DNA of 64,000 nucleotides from Spirochaetia bacterium (GTDB lineage: Bacteria; Spirochaetota; Spirochaetia; UBA9216), in contig CAXXYH010000003.1 of the NCBI GenBank assembly GCA_963677925.2, positions 1,920,001 through 1,984,000 of the forward strand. The letters run 5' to 3'. Positions 11,164-22,367 of the stretch are shown in pieces. Position 1 is the first letter of the stretch. Each line of letters opens with the position of its first letter. The translations under genes were made by a program, and so were the position numbers. The notes under the pieces are model-generated. The model worked only from the letters and a program-made list of their open reading frames with translations, was not told where the DNA came from and did no database searches.

Positions 11164-11976
11164 GTGCAGGAAGCATCTGACAGAGTCGACAGAATAATAC
11201 CTGAGAGATCAGGAAAATATAATGAGGTCCTCCACCTGATTATTCATAATCCCGAAAAACTTAATGCTCTTTCAACCGTAATGCAGATTGAATTCATTGA
11301 ATTTCTGAAAGAAGCGGCCGCCGATGATTCAATTCATGTTGTAGCCATTCGGGGATACGGTGATAAGGCATTCAGCTCCGGCGGGCAGCTTGACAATCTG
11401 GTAGAACTTACTGATGAGACCGGACAGGAAGCTATGTACCAGCGCGGAGTTGAGATACGCGAAACCATTGCATCCATGTACAAACCGGTAATTGCTGCAG
11501 TAAACGGGTTCTGTATCGGCGGCGGTTTTGAAATTGCAATGTGCTGCGATATGATCTATGCGTCTGATGACTCAAAATTCTCACTGCCGGAGGTTAATAT
11601 GGGACTGGTTCCCGGATGGGGCGGTGCGATTAGACTTCCCAGAAAGGTTACTGTCAACAAAGCAAAAGAAATGATACTTCTCGGAGAAAAAATATCAGCT
11701 GATGAAGCCCACATGTGGGGAATAGTCAACAGAGTCTTCCCGAAAGATAAACTGTTCGAAGAGGTTGATAAGATCATTATAAGACTTCTTGACCAGCCGC
11801 CGCTGGCAATAAGGGGAGTAAAAAAAATAGTAAGCCACGGCATTGTCGACGGAAATATTGACAATGCCAGGGTAATTGAAAAAGAGCTCTCAATATCTCT
11901 GATGGCCACTCATGATTTTGAGGAAGCCATCGCTGCCCGTGAGCAGAAAAGAAAACCGAAGTTCAAAGGCGAATAA
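11164..11976 (+). CDS. Enoyl-CoA hydratase/isomerase (crotonase) family protein
   Basis: KLNALS, AFSSGG, KPVIAAVNGFCIGGGFE, FSLPEVNMGLVPGWGG, KRKPKFKG. GTG start after GGAGA. Confidence 0.92.
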   Translation: MQEASDRVDRIIPERSGKYNEVLHLIIHNPEKLNALSTVMQIEFIEFLKEAAADDSIHVVAIRGYGDKAFSSGGQLDNLVELTDETGQEAMYQRGVEIRETIASMYKPVIAAVNGFCIGGGFEIAMCCDMIYASDDSKFSLPEVNMGLVPGWGGAIRLPRKVTVNKAKEMILLGEKISADEAHMWGIVNRVFPKDKLFEEVDKIIIRLLDQPPLAIRGVKKIVSHGIVDGNIDNARVIEKELSISLMATHDFEEAIAAREQKRKPKFKGE

Positions 11977-13773
11977 TCATCGGAGTTCGCTGAGCAGCTC
12001 CATAAACAGAATTACAATCCTGTTGAATGCGGTTCGTATTCTTCTGAAAGATTTAAATGCCACATTGAAATCACCGCCCCGGACATCCTCGGCGGTCTTA
12101 ACAATATTATTATGAAAATTCTCATGTTCGGACAGAATATTCTGAAAAACAGGATTTTCACCGAATAAGCTGCTGCCTTCTCCGTACAGCCACTCACCCA
12201 TCTCGCAGCCTCTGTAATCCGAAGCCTTGCCGACATCAATGTTTCCGTCGCTGTCTACCCCGTGAATTCCCCGAAGCTTTGAATCAGTAGGAACCACCAT
12301 ATGCCTTATTGCCGCACCGCAGACCTGAAGCCAGCTCAGGTGTGTAGTAAGAAGTTCGGATATGATAACTGTAAGCTCGGATTCCTTTGAGATTTTGATG
12401 GAATCGCTGATATCAAACTTCTTCAGATCGGATGTTATTGTATTTATATTCGAATCGTTCCATTCGATGATCTTTATCATATCGGACTGGGCTTCCGCCA
12501 CATCCCTGGCTCTGGAATTTATTACAGCAACCTCGTTCTGAATGAGACCGTATGAACCCTTGAGAGATTCAACCGAATTATTAATCTCTCTAGCACTTAT
12601 TTCAATTTCACCGGAACCGCCTGAAATCTCCTCTGAGATCTGAATAAGCGATCCCACAGAACTGACTATCTCCTGACTGCCGGTTGAGACTTCAGCAGTA
12701 CTCTGGGTAATTTCTGTAAAAGCATTTACAAACTCCATTACCTTGTCCGCGACCTCAAGAAAAGCTTTTTCACCGGCCTCTCCTGCATGCAGAACATTAT
12801 CCATCTTTCCGTTCATATCTTTCAGAGAACCGGCAATAATCTTGGCATTTGATGAGGCTGATTCAGCAAGTTTACGTATTTCATCTGCCACAACCGAGAA
12901 GCCCATACCGTACTGGCCGGCATGAGCGGCTTCTATTGCTGCATTCATAGCAAGCAGATTGGTCTGCGCGGCAATTCCATTAATTACATTAATAATACTC
13001 ATCATACCGTCAACATCAGATGATATTTCCTTAATCTGAGTGTTGGAATCTACTATGGTATGTCTGCCGCTTTCTACTTTTTCGATAAGTGAATCTGTAG
13101 ACTTCGATTTTTCAACAGAAATTCGAGAGATGCTGTTTATCGAAGCAGTCATCTCCTCTATTGCCGCGGAAGTCTGGGTAACAGCGCTGCTCTGAGTAGT
13201 GATATGTGAAACAAGAGCCTCTATAGTAGCGAGAATTTCGGTGACCGCGGAAGAAACACTTAAAATCTGATTTTCAAAACCGGACATCTCGTCCAGGATT
13301 CCGCCTACATCTCGTATTATTCCATCGGCAATATTCCCGACATCATTTGAATAGTCACGCAGAATTACGCTCACATTGCTGTTGGCATCAACACAGGTCT
13401 TGGCCTCGGCCAGAGTGTGATTGATTCCGTTTAAAAGTTCATTGTTCAGATAATCAGAAAGAGCCCGAAGCTCTCTGTATTTCACCTTTATCTGCTTAAG
13501 GCTATCTTCATTACCGGAAGATTCTCCGGGCTTCTGAACAGTATTCCTTATTGCCCTGGCCAGACTCTTGGAAAGAAGAAGCGCTGCAGCAAGACCGGCA
13601 GCAAAAAAAACAGCAGTGAATACAGCGGTCTTTAAAATACTGAAGCCTCCGCTGTCCGCTTGATTATTGAAGAAAAAGGTATCAGCTAATCCTGAAATGA
13701 TGATAGGCAGTGTTGAAAGCAGAACACAGACAAGTATTATTACTGATTTGAGCGAGATTCCTTTTTTTAACAC
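11977..13773 (-). CDS. Membrane-anchored MCP with C-terminal CZB (chemoreceptor zinc-binding) domain
   Basis: Two N-terminal TMs with a short loop; [17 protein letters not shown]; CZB ligand pattern HLSW...CEMGEWLY...HENFH. Confidence 0.88.
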   Translation of the reverse strand: MLKKGISLKSVIILVCVLLSTLPIIISGLADTFFFNNQADSGGFSILKTAVFTAVFFAAGLAAALLLSKSLARAIRNTVQKPGESSGNEDSLKQIKVKYRELRALSDYLNNELLNGINHTLAEAKTCVDANSNVSVILRDYSNDVGNIADGIIRDVGGILDEMSGFENQILSVSSAVTEILATIEALVSHITTQSSAVTQTSAAIEEMTASINSISRISVEKSKSTDSLIEKVESGRHTIVDSNTQIKEISSDVDGMMSIINVINGIAAQTNLLAMNAAIEAAHAGQYGMGFSVVADEIRKLAESASSNAKIIAGSLKDMNGKMDNVLHAGEAGEKAFLEVADKVMEFVNAFTEITQSTAEVSTGSQEIVSSVGSLIQISEEISGGSGEIEISAREINNSVESLKGSYGLIQNEVAVINSRARDVAEAQSDMIKIIEWNDSNINTITSDLKKFDISDSIKISKESELTVIISELLTTHLSWLQVCGAAIRHMVVPTDSKLRGIHGVDSDGNIDVGKASDYRGCEMGEWLYGEGSSLFGENPVFQNILSEHENFHNNIVKTAEDVRGGDFNVAFKSFRRIRTAFNRIVILFMELLSELR

Positions 13774-13834
13774 AAAATAACCTCCGAATATATATCCTGA
13801 ACACTGATTTTTTAATCTACTTTCATGAGATATA

Positions 13835-13861
13835 TTATCGGAAGAATAGACCTATTTCTGA
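13835..13861 (-). promoter_or_regulatory. Candidate sigma28 (FliA) promoter
   Basis: Minus strand TCAG-15 nt-TCCGATAA upstream of a chemoreceptor (consensus TAAA-N15-GCCGATAA). Confidence 0.55.
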
Positions 13862-13894
13862 ATCCGGATAAAAAAGCGGACAGTTAAAATTTCT

Positions 13895-15658
13895 TCAGGT
13901 CCCTTCTCCTAAAAGTTCAATAAACAGCATAACCAGGCGATTGTATGAAGTCCGGATGGTTCTGAAAGTTGTGAACACTGTATTAAAATCATCCTCCTTT
14001 ATCGCTCTGTCTGTCTCAACGATGTTGCTGTGAAACTTCTCGTGTTCTCGTATTATTTCATCAAATACAGGATTATTTCCGTAAATACCCTCACCCTCTC
14101 CATAAAGCCATACACCCAGCCTGCAGCCTTTGCAATCGGCAGCCAGACTTACATCGATATCCCCGTTTGCATCAGCACCGACTGCTCCGGCAAGCTTCGG
14201 AATATCAGGGAATACCAGATTAGTAACTATAGCCCCTGCTACATTCAGCCAGCACAGATGAGAAACAAGAAGTTCCGAAGCTTTTTTTGTAAGCCGGCTT
14301 TTTGTCAAATCTGAACTTTCCGGAAGATCAAGATACTTAAGCTCAGCAGAAAATGTATCAAGAGCAGTACTGCCCCAATTCTGGATTTTAAGCATATCAG
14401 CCTGAGTGCTGCCTACATCCTCCGCCCTGGATTTTATTAACGCAACCTTATCCTGAATAACTCCATAGGAACTTTTCAGTGATTCAATAGAGCTATTAAT
14501 TTCACGGGCGCTGGTAGCCATTTCACCGGAACCGCCTGTGATTTCAGAAGATATCTGCATGAGCGATGTGACCGAACCGATTATCTCCTGACTTCCGCCG
14601 GAGACTTCAGCCGTACTCCGGGTAATCTCGGTGAATGCATTTACAAAGTCCATGACCTTGTCCGCTACCTCAAGAAAAGCATTCTCTCCGGCCTCTCCGG
14701 CACTAAGCACATTTCCCATTTTAACATTCACATCTTTTAAGGAGCCGGCAATGATCTTTGCATTTGATGAAGCAGATTCAGCCAGTTTCCTGATTTCATC
14801 AGCTACAACAGAAAACCCCATCCCATACTGCCCTGCATGTGCAGCTTCAATTGCGGCATTCATTGCCAGAAGGTTGGTCTGAGCGGCGATTCCATTGATA
14901 ACATTGATGATACTCATCATCCCATCCACATCTGCTGAGATTTCTTTTATCTGCATATTGGAATCAACAATTGTATGCCGGCCGTTTTCTACTTTTTCAA
15001 TAAGGGTATCTGTTGATTTGGATTTCTCGGCGGAAATACGGGAAATACTGTTTATCGAAGCGCTCATTTCTTCAATTGCGGCAGAAGTCTGAGTTACAGC
15101 AGTGCTCTGGGTTGTTATATGGGAAACCAGAGTTTCAATGGTAGCCAGAATTTGTGTAACGGCGGAGGAAACACTCAGCATACGTGACTCAAAGCCGGAC
15201 ATCTCCTCAAGAATACCCTCTACATCACTGATAATGCCGTCAGAGGTTTTTCCGATATCTTTTGAATAATAATCGAGAATCTCGCTGATATCCTCATTAG
15301 CGCTGAGGCTTGATTCAGCATCAGCTAAAGTACTCATCATACCGCCTATGAGTTCGGTGTTTATATATTCAAGGAGGGTCTGCATTTCCCTGTATCTGAC
15401 GTCCGCAGGCCCGGTACTGACTGCAGCTTGCTGAAATGATTTTCCAATACTTTTTGAAAATAGAAGTGCGGCAGTAAGTCCGGCTGCAAAAAAGACAGCA
15501 GTAAATACAGCTGTTTTAATAATATCAGAAATATCCGGGCCGCTTTCACTATTGAGCAGCAGAATATCGACAAGGCCGGTTATCACAACCGGAAGAGTAG
15601 ACAGCAAAAGACACAGCAATACCATTGCTGATTTGAGCGAGATGACCTTTTTAGCCAT
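13895..15658 (-). CDS. Membrane-anchored MCP with C-terminal CZB domain (tandem paralog of 11977-13773)
   Basis: Signalling core nearly identical to its neighbour; HLCW...CRLGVWLY...HEKFH. Confidence 0.88.
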   Translation of the reverse strand: MAKKVISLKSAMVLLCLLLSTLPVVITGLVDILLLNSESGPDISDIIKTAVFTAVFFAAGLTAALLFSKSIGKSFQQAAVSTGPADVRYREMQTLLEYINTELIGGMMSTLADAESSLSANEDISEILDYYSKDIGKTSDGIISDVEGILEEMSGFESRMLSVSSAVTQILATIETLVSHITTQSTAVTQTSAAIEEMSASINSISRISAEKSKSTDTLIEKVENGRHTIVDSNMQIKEISADVDGMMSIINVINGIAAQTNLLAMNAAIEAAHAGQYGMGFSVVADEIRKLAESASSNAKIIAGSLKDVNVKMGNVLSAGEAGENAFLEVADKVMDFVNAFTEITRSTAEVSGGSQEIIGSVTSLMQISSEITGGSGEMATSAREINSSIESLKSSYGVIQDKVALIKSRAEDVGSTQADMLKIQNWGSTALDTFSAELKYLDLPESSDLTKSRLTKKASELLVSHLCWLNVAGAIVTNLVFPDIPKLAGAVGADANGDIDVSLAADCKGCRLGVWLYGEGEGIYGNNPVFDEIIREHEKFHSNIVETDRAIKEDDFNTVFTTFRTIRTSYNRLVMLFIELLGEGT

Positions 15659-15686
15659 TGAGAACCTCCAGAAACAATAATCTTAA

Positions 15687-15765
15687 ACCTGCCTCAGGTC
15701 CCCCCGCAAGCTAGAATAATTGACATGGACTATCAAAATTATACTTAGCCTGACTCAGGCCTCAA
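15687..15765 (-). promoter_or_regulatory. Sigma70-like promoter with two copies of a palindromic operator-like motif
   Basis: Minus strand TTGAGG-16 nt-TATAAT (15765-15738). GCCTGACTCAGGC (15748-15760) lies in the spacer and ACCTGCCTCAGGT (15687-15699) in the leader. Confidence 0.5.
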
Positions 15766-15961
15766 TAAATATGACTATTTTAGAAAGATTTAGCATTTTC
15801 CCTTGACTTCAGTGCCTGTCAAGATAATATTTAAATTAGGTAAAATGTAAATTATTTCATATTCAGCTATTCATTAAAGTCCCTTATTCCAAGTGTGATA
15901 GGTTAAAGTTTTTCGAGGTATAGCCAAACCTTAAAACTAAAAACCCGGGAAGGAGGGTCAT

Positions 15962-17938
15962 ATGTTAAAGAATCTTAAATTAGGAACAAAGCTGGTACTC
16001 ATTGGCGTATTTATTATTATAATACCGCTGGGCCTTATAGGCATTTTATCAGTAAATAAGGCATCTGCTGGAATCAAGGATGTTGAGCATGAACAGCTAA
16101 TCATGCGGACACAGGAGCTGGCCGGAGCTCTAAACAATGTACTGATAATCGAAATGAAACTGGTCAAAACTCTTGCACTTAATACAGTTATAATTGAAGC
16201 ACACGAAGGTAAAACCAGTTTTGACGGCGTAAATACTGAATTACAGCGGATAAAAGAGGAACCGGAAACAGGTGAAGACTACGAAGATCTGGTCACAATT
16301 GATGTGAATGGAATAATTGTCTCGTCATCAAATACATCAATGATTGGTGTACCTCTGAACGAAAGAGATTATTTTCAGGCAGCTGTTAAGGGTGAAACCA
16401 ATGTAGGAGAGGCTGTCATCAGCAAGGGTTCAGGCAATCCGATGATCCCGGTAGCTGCTCCTATAAAAGCTGCTGACGGAAGCATAATAGGAGTAGCCGC
16501 AGCCATATTAAAACTTGATTTCGTATGGAATGTTATAAAGGATTCACACATAGGTAAAACCGGGTACGCATATGCAACAAAACCTGACGGTTATTTCATT
16601 GCCCATCCCGATCCTTCAGTAATTTTTGAATCAAGTATTGCACAGCTTGAAGGTATGGAGCAGATCTTTGCCAGATTCGCAGATGAAGGCGCAGGTTATG
16701 AAAATTACCTTTACAAGGGGGTCTACAAGACTTCAGGTTTTGCAACTGTAGAAGAGACCGGATGGGGCGTTTTTTTAGCCCTTCCTGATCAGGAATTTCT
16801 GGCTCCGGTAAACTCAGTCATTTTCACAACTATTATAGTCGGAGCAGGCTCCTTTATCGTAGCCTTTCTTATCTTTCTGCTTTTTGCCAAGTCAATCACC
16901 AAACCTGTGCAGAAGGGAGTCACATTTGCCAAGGAGATAACCGAAGGTAAACTTTACACAAAAATTGACGTTAATCAGAAAGATGAAATCGGAGTTCTTG
17001 CAGATACGCTCAGAGAAATGCAGGAGCGGCTGAAGAACGTTGTTGTAGAAGTTATTGAGTCAGCATCACAGGTTTCGGAGGGCAGCAGTCAGCTTTCACA
17101 GAGTGCAGAACAGCTCTCACAGGGAGCCACCGAACAGGCTGCCAGTGCTGAAGAAGTTTCAGCCTCAGTAGAACAAATGGGCGCGAACATACAGCAGAAT
17201 ACCGACAACGCATCGCAGACAGAAAAAATAGCCTCCCAGGCTGCGGTTGACGCCTCTGAAGGCGGAAACGCCGTGCTTGAAGCCGTCGGGGCAATGAATG
17301 AAATTGCTCAGAAGATTAATATAGTAGAAGACATAGCCAGACAGACAAATATGCTTTCACTTAATGCAGCAATTGAAGCAGCAAGAGCAGGTGAACACGG
17401 AAAGGGCTTTGCGGTAGTTGCCTCAGAGGTTGGCAAACTTGCAGCAATCAGCCAGAAAGCAGCAGCCGAGATCCAGGAACTTGCAAAGGAGAGCGTACGT
17501 AAGGCCGACATCGCAGGTGAAAAGATCAGGGCAATTGTACCGGACATCAGAAAAACAGCAGAACTCGTTACAGAAATAAGTGCATCAAGTCATGAACAGA
17601 ATACTGGGGCTGTTCAGATAAACCAGGCAATGCTTCAGCTGGACCAGGTTGTACAGCAGAACGCAGCAGCAGCAGAAGAAGCATCCTCGATGGCAGAAGA
17701 ACTTACCAGTCAGGCCGAACAGCTTCATGATATGATCAGCTACTTCAGAGTCAGAGAAAACAGTCACCTGTCTGATTATCAAAATGAGACTTCAGTGAAA
17801 GTCGAAGTCAAAAAACAGAGGCTATCACCTCAAAAACCGGCATTGAAAGCCCCGGAGAAGCCTCAGGCTCCGGTTGATCGTGTGCATCCCGGCTATGATG
17901 CACACGATGATCAGGACTTCGGTTTCGAAGACTTCTGA
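15962..17938 (+). CDS. Methyl-accepting chemotaxis protein, dCache sensor, C-terminal pentapeptide
   Basis: [63 protein letters not shown]; ends GFEDF; AGGAGG SD. Confidence 0.94.
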   Translation: MLKNLKLGTKLVLIGVFIIIIPLGLIGILSVNKASAGIKDVEHEQLIMRTQELAGALNNVLIIEMKLVKTLALNTVIIEAHEGKTSFDGVNTELQRIKEEPETGEDYEDLVTIDVNGIIVSSSNTSMIGVPLNERDYFQAAVKGETNVGEAVISKGSGNPMIPVAAPIKAADGSIIGVAAAILKLDFVWNVIKDSHIGKTGYAYATKPDGYFIAHPDPSVIFESSIAQLEGMEQIFARFADEGAGYENYLYKGVYKTSGFATVEETGWGVFLALPDQEFLAPVNSVIFTTIIVGAGSFIVAFLIFLLFAKSITKPVQKGVTFAKEITEGKLYTKIDVNQKDEIGVLADTLREMQERLKNVVVEVIESASQVSEGSSQLSQSAEQLSQGATEQAASAEEVSASVEQMGANIQQNTDNASQTEKIASQAAVDASEGGNAVLEAVGAMNEIAQKINIVEDIARQTNMLSLNAAIEAARAGEHGKGFAVVASEVGKLAAISQKAAAEIQELAKESVRKADIAGEKIRAIVPDIRKTAELVTEISASSHEQNTGAVQINQAMLQLDQVVQQNAAAAEEASSMAEELTSQAEQLHDMISYFRVRENSHLSDYQNETSVKVEVKKQRLSPQKPALKAPEKPQAPVDRVHPGYDAHDDQDFGFEDF

Positions 17939-17947
17939 TCGCCTCCC

Positions 17948-17983
17948 GCCGTCCGGGCCTTTCCCCGGACGGCCTTTTTTTTT
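17948..17983 (+). terminator. Intrinsic terminator
   Basis: GCCGTCCGGG-CCTTTC-CCCGGACGGC followed by C and a T run. Confidence 0.85.
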
Positions 17984-18029
17984 GCTTTTCAGCCTTCATT
18001 AAATTAAAATTAATTCAGGAGGCTGCCGT

Positions 18030-20015
18030 ATGCTGAAAAATATTAGTATTGGTAAGAAACTGATTATTCTCGGGGTAATACTCCTTTCAATCCCCATGAT
18101 TCTTATAAGTTTTTTCTCACTGGACAGATCCAGCAAAGGACTAAAGAGCCTGGAGCAGGAACAGCTGATAATGCGTACAAAAGAACTGTCAACCTCAATC
18201 TACAATGTATTAAATACTGAAAAGAAAATTGTATTAGATATCGCAGCCGACGATACTCAGATTGAAGAGCTGGCCAGCGGATTAGATTATGACAGAATCA
18301 GCAAAAACCTTACCAGACAGAAAAACACGAAGGGGCTGGGAGAAAATTACGAAGTAATGCTGGTAACTGATCTCAATGCTGTTGTTGTTGCAGCATCATC
18401 GCCCGATTATATCGGGGTAAACCTATCTGACAGGCAGTACCTGAAAAAAGCCCTTCAAGGTGCTGCAAATATAGGACTTCCGGCCAGAAACAAGGTAACA
18501 GGGGAACCCTTTATACCGATGGCGGCACCTGTATATTCGAATGAGAGACAACTGCTTGGCGTTGCAGTGAATGTAATGTCACTTGATTTTCTATGGGAAA
18601 TTATCAAGGAATCAACTATTGGACTTACCGGGTATGCTTTTGTAACCGATGCATCGGGTCTTTTTATTAGTCATCCAGATACATCAATAATTTTTGAATC
18701 AAATATCGGACAGCTTGAAGGGATGGAGGAAATATATAGAAGATTTTCCCGACAGGAAAGCGGATATGAGAATTATATTTACAAGGGTATTCCAAAAACC
18801 GCCGGATTTGCTATAGTTCCCGAAACAAACTGGGGTGTTTTTCTGGCTCTTCCTGATTCCGAGTTTATGGCTCCTGTCAACGAGGTACGAACTACAATCC
18901 TGATTGTCGCTGCAGCTTCATTCATTGCAGCATTTATTGTGTATTTTCTTTTTGCCCGTTCAATTACAAAACAAATCAAAAAAGGCGTTAAATTTGCTGA
19001 GGAAATAGCAAACGGTCTGCTGTATACCACAATTGATGTGCATCAGAAGGATGAGATTGGAGTACTTGCCGACACTCTCCGGATAATGCAGCAGAAACTC
19101 AGCAGCGTAGTATCAGATGTTATAACTTCTGCTGCTGAAGTAACATCCGGGAGTATGCAGCTGTCTGAGAGCGCAGAGGAACTTTCACAGGGAGCTACGG
19201 AGCAGGCGGCAAACGCCGAAGAGGTATCGGCATCAATCGAGGAAATGAGCGCCAGTATCCAGCAGAATACCGATAATGCTGCCCAGACCGAACAGATTGC
19301 AACTCAGGCGGCACTCGATGCTGCTGAGGGAGGAGATGCGGTTCTTGAAGCGGTTTCCGCTATGAATGAGATTGCCCAGAAGATTAACATAATAGAAGAG
19401 ATTGCACGCCAGACCAACCTGCTTTCTCTGAACGCTGCAATTGAGGCCGCAAGAGCCGGTGAACACGGTAAGGGCTTTGCAGTTGTTGCTGCAGAGGTTG
19501 GAAAGCTTGCGGTAACCAGTCAGAAGGCTGCAGCGGAAATACTTGAGCTTGCTAACGAAAGCGTCAAAAAGGCCAATGACTCCGGCGAGAAAATTAAGGC
19601 GATCGTACCTGATATCAGAAAAACCTCCGATCTGGTCTCCGAGATAAGTGCTTCAAGCCATGAGCAGAACACCGGAGCTGCACAGATAACACAGGCTATG
19701 CTTCAGCTTGATCAGGTAATCCAGCAGAATGCAGCTTCTGCAGAGGAAGCATCATCAATGTCGGAAGAACTGACCAGCCAGGCCGAAATGCTCCATGAAA
19801 TGATAAGTTATTTCAAGGTGCATGGACCGGATGGCTACTCTTTGGAAAAAAAGGGACCTGATAAAATCGTCATCAGTGCAAAACCTGCCGTCAAAACAAC
19901 GGTAAAGCAGGTTAATAGAGAAGAGGCCCCCGGGGAAAAGCCCCCGGCAAAACCGGCGCTCCCTAAATCTGAATCAGTCAAAGACATTATTGACGAAGAA
20001 TTTGAGGATTTTTGA
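18030..20015 (+). CDS. Methyl-accepting chemotaxis protein, dCache sensor (tandem paralog of 15962-17938)
   Basis: Collinear with its neighbour ([21 protein letters not shown]); ends EFEDF; AGGAGG SD. Confidence 0.94.
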   Translation: MLKNISIGKKLIILGVILLSIPMILISFFSLDRSSKGLKSLEQEQLIMRTKELSTSIYNVLNTEKKIVLDIAADDTQIEELASGLDYDRISKNLTRQKNTKGLGENYEVMLVTDLNAVVVAASSPDYIGVNLSDRQYLKKALQGAANIGLPARNKVTGEPFIPMAAPVYSNERQLLGVAVNVMSLDFLWEIIKESTIGLTGYAFVTDASGLFISHPDTSIIFESNIGQLEGMEEIYRRFSRQESGYENYIYKGIPKTAGFAIVPETNWGVFLALPDSEFMAPVNEVRTTILIVAAASFIAAFIVYFLFARSITKQIKKGVKFAEEIANGLLYTTIDVHQKDEIGVLADTLRIMQQKLSSVVSDVITSAAEVTSGSMQLSESAEELSQGATEQAANAEEVSASIEEMSASIQQNTDNAAQTEQIATQAALDAAEGGDAVLEAVSAMNEIAQKINIIEEIARQTNLLSLNAAIEAARAGEHGKGFAVVAAEVGKLAVTSQKAAAEILELANESVKKANDSGEKIKAIVPDIRKTSDLVSEISASSHEQNTGAAQITQAMLQLDQVIQQNAASAEEASSMSEELTSQAEMLHEMISYFKVHGPDGYSLEKKGPDKIVISAKPAVKTTVKQVNREEAPGEKPPAKPALPKSESVKDIIDEEFEDF

Positions 20016-20022
20016 AATTGCG

Positions 20023-20799
20023 TCAGTAATCCATCATATATTCAAACAGGAAGGTTCCTTCATATGCGAAAGTTCTGTTGGCTGGACGGGGAGTCCTGTC
20101 CACCCAGGACTCCCAGCCCGGCAGTGTATCATCATAATAACGGGCTGAGCGTTCACTCTCTTCATATTGAATTGTGATCACACTGCCCGCCTCCCATTCC
20201 GTTCCCGAGGGAAAAAGAGCAGTGATGTCTGCTGAGAATTTACTCTGAGAACCATAGTTTACTGTTCCGGTAGAGTCAGTTCTTATCTCGGAATCTTCAA
20301 ACCCCAGGACTGTATCTGAAACAGTGTAGATCTCATATTCAGTTATAACACTGCCGTCGGCTGACTTGGAGTAAGAATCCCATCTGAATATTCCGCTCCC
20401 CTCTTCGGTTTCAACATAGGCATTCCCGAACAGGATATCCGTCAGAAAAACTGTAGTCTGAGATTCCGAACTGCTGCTCACCCAGGCCGATGTAACATCA
20501 TCCCATTGTTCATCCGCATCTATATCAAACACCATTGTCTGCGTATTATACGTATAAATCCCCCGCATCCCGCCAATCTGGGTGCCCGAGGCTTCATAAT
20601 CACGGGTTTCCATGGTACCGTCAGCGAAAACGTAATGAACCTGCTCTCTCTGATAATACACCCTGTCTTCTGTAAGATGTCCATTCTCGTCGACTTTTAC
20701 AAGTTTTCCATAACCGACATCCGGAAAAGAAACCGGACATGAGAAAATCAAAACAGCGGAAACAAGTACAACCGGAATTTTAATCATATAATTTTTCAT
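20023..20799 (-). CDS. Hypothetical lipoprotein
   Basis: Signal peptide ending LIFS-C; acidic and beta-rich; paralog of the upstream gene. Confidence 0.7.
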   Translation of the reverse strand: MKNYMIKIPVVLVSAVLIFSCPVSFPDVGYGKLVKVDENGHLTEDRVYYQREQVHYVFADGTMETRDYEASGTQIGGMRGIYTYNTQTMVFDIDADEQWDDVTSAWVSSSSESQTTVFLTDILFGNAYVETEEGSGIFRWDSYSKSADGSVITEYEIYTVSDTVLGFEDSEIRTDSTGTVNYGSQSKFSADITALFPSGTEWEAGSVITIQYEESERSARYYDDTLPGWESWVDRTPRPANRTFAYEGTFLFEYMMDY

Positions 20800-21620
20800 A
20801 CATCACTCCCCCCTGTACCGCGCATGGCCGAAGGATTTGGAATACAGAAAAAATTTCCCATGTTCAGAAAAATCATCTGATAAATATCAAGATCATTGAT
20901 ATCCCAGGCTCCCCAGGAAGAGCTTATACTGTCATAGTCACGATCACGATCAAGCGTCTCAGCCAGATTAAAAATTACACGATTCCCGGTTTCCCAGCTC
21001 ACACCCTCAGGAAACATCCCCGAGACCTCACAATTCCTCTCAGAATTCCACCCTGATGTGAGAACTCCGTTATTATCATAACTTAGATCCTCTCTTTTAA
21101 GGATGTAAGTTTCAGAATCAATAGTCATCAGGTAGGAATCTGTATCATAACTCCCGTCATTGTACTCAACTAAAGTAGAAGATTCCCAGATATTATTCTC
21201 GCTATAGACAAAGGCATTACCGAAACATACAGTTGTAAAATACATAGTCCGTTCACTGGTTTCCGATATGTCCTCCCATGTATCCGTTGCCTGTACATAA
21301 TTTTTCAATTGTTTTTGAGTCATAACCATGGTCTCAGGATTCCAGGAATAGGTTCCGCTTTCACCTTCATCCCGTACATATTCCAGGTAAACAGAATCCC
21401 ACTCGTAGTTCTCATACAGATAATTTCCATCAGCATAGAAAACCTGAATTGCTCCGGAGAGGCTGTAGCTGATATCCTCTTTGAAATGGCCTTCTTCATC
21501 CGGCACCAGCATCTTTCCCATACCTATAACGCCGATATCAGAGTTGAATAAATCACAGGAAGCAGCGGCGAAGACGGCAATAAGGGCAATTAGATACAAT
21601 TTTCCTTTATTTTTCTCCAT
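20796..21620 (-). CDS. Hypothetical lipoprotein
   Basis: Start MEKNKGK (ATG 21620); lipobox AAAS-C; 4-bp ATGA overlap with the downstream paralog. Confidence 0.7.
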   Translation of the reverse strand: MEKNKGKLYLIALIAVFAAASCDLFNSDIGVIGMGKMLVPDEEGHFKEDISYSLSGAIQVFYADGNYLYENYEWDSVYLEYVRDEGESGTYSWNPETMVMTQKQLKNYVQATDTWEDISETSERTMYFTTVCFGNAFVYSENNIWESSTLVEYNDGSYDTDSYLMTIDSETYILKREDLSYDNNGVLTSGWNSERNCEVSGMFPEGVSWETGNRVIFNLAETLDRDRDYDSISSSWGAWDINDLDIYQMIFLNMGNFFCIPNPSAMRGTGGSDV

Positions 21621-21767
21621 CTTAAACCCCGTTTTTTTATTTTTGTATACCGGTAAATATATCTCCATATCCCGGTTTTTCCTGCTGCCGGACTATATAA
21701 AAATTTGTCCAGAGATTGTGAAATTAGTATATTTAATATGCAGACATGCTTATATAAGGAGGATTTA

Positions 21768-22367
21768 ATGTCCTTTACTATTAACATTGGTGATTCCGCA
21801 CCGGATTTCAGCCTTACTGCAACAAACGGAAAAACATACAGCCTTGCAGATTTTGCACAGAATCCATATCTTGTAGTATTTTTCACATGCAACCACTGTC
21901 CCTATGTAATAGGCTCGGATGAGACGACAAGGCAGACCGTATTGAAATACAAGCCGCGGGGGGTTGAGTTTGTTGCAATTAATTCCAACAGTCCGAATAC
22001 CTACGAGGAAGATGATTTTGAGCATATGGTTGAGAGAATGGAAAAGAACCGCTTCCCATGGGTATACCTGCATGACAGGGATCAGCAGGTAGCACTTGAA
22101 TACGGAGCCCTGCGAACTCCTCATTTTTTTGTCTTTAACAGTGAACGAAAACTTGTATACACCGGCAGAGGGGTCGATAACCCGAGGGAAACTGACAAAA
22201 TGACAGTAAACGACCTTGAAGTAACTCTTGATTCGCTTATAAACAGCAGGGCAATTGAAATTGAGGTTACAAACCCTGTCGGGTGTAATATCAAATGGAA
22301 CGGAAAGGCTGCATCATGGATGCCCGCAGAGGCCTGCGATCTGGTTCCTCAGAATAAACGCCTATAA
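21768..22367 (+). CDS. Thioredoxin-fold AhpC/TSA (peroxiredoxin-like) family protein
   Basis: [41 protein letters not shown]; AGGAGG SD. Confidence 0.9.
   Translation: MSFTINIGDSAPDFSLTATNGKTYSLADFAQNPYLVVFFTCNHCPYVIGSDETTRQTVLKYKPRGVEFVAINSNSPNTYEEDDFEHMVERMEKNRFPWVYLHDRDQQVALEYGALRTPHFFVFNSERKLVYTGRGVDNPRETDKMTVNDLEVTLDSLINSRAIEIEVTNPVGCNIKWNGKAASWMPAEACDLVPQNKRL

Noticed and set aside
15841-15961. Possible c-di-GMP riboswitch in the long MCP leader
   Set aside because: Only a weak imperfect hairpin (15901-15945); the GEMM GAAA-loop/GCAAA receptor pattern is not evident. An Rfam scan would settle it.
21716-21733. TTGTGAA half-site upstream of the AhpC-like gene as a Rex box
   Set aside because: The second half (GTATATT) does not resemble TTCACAA.
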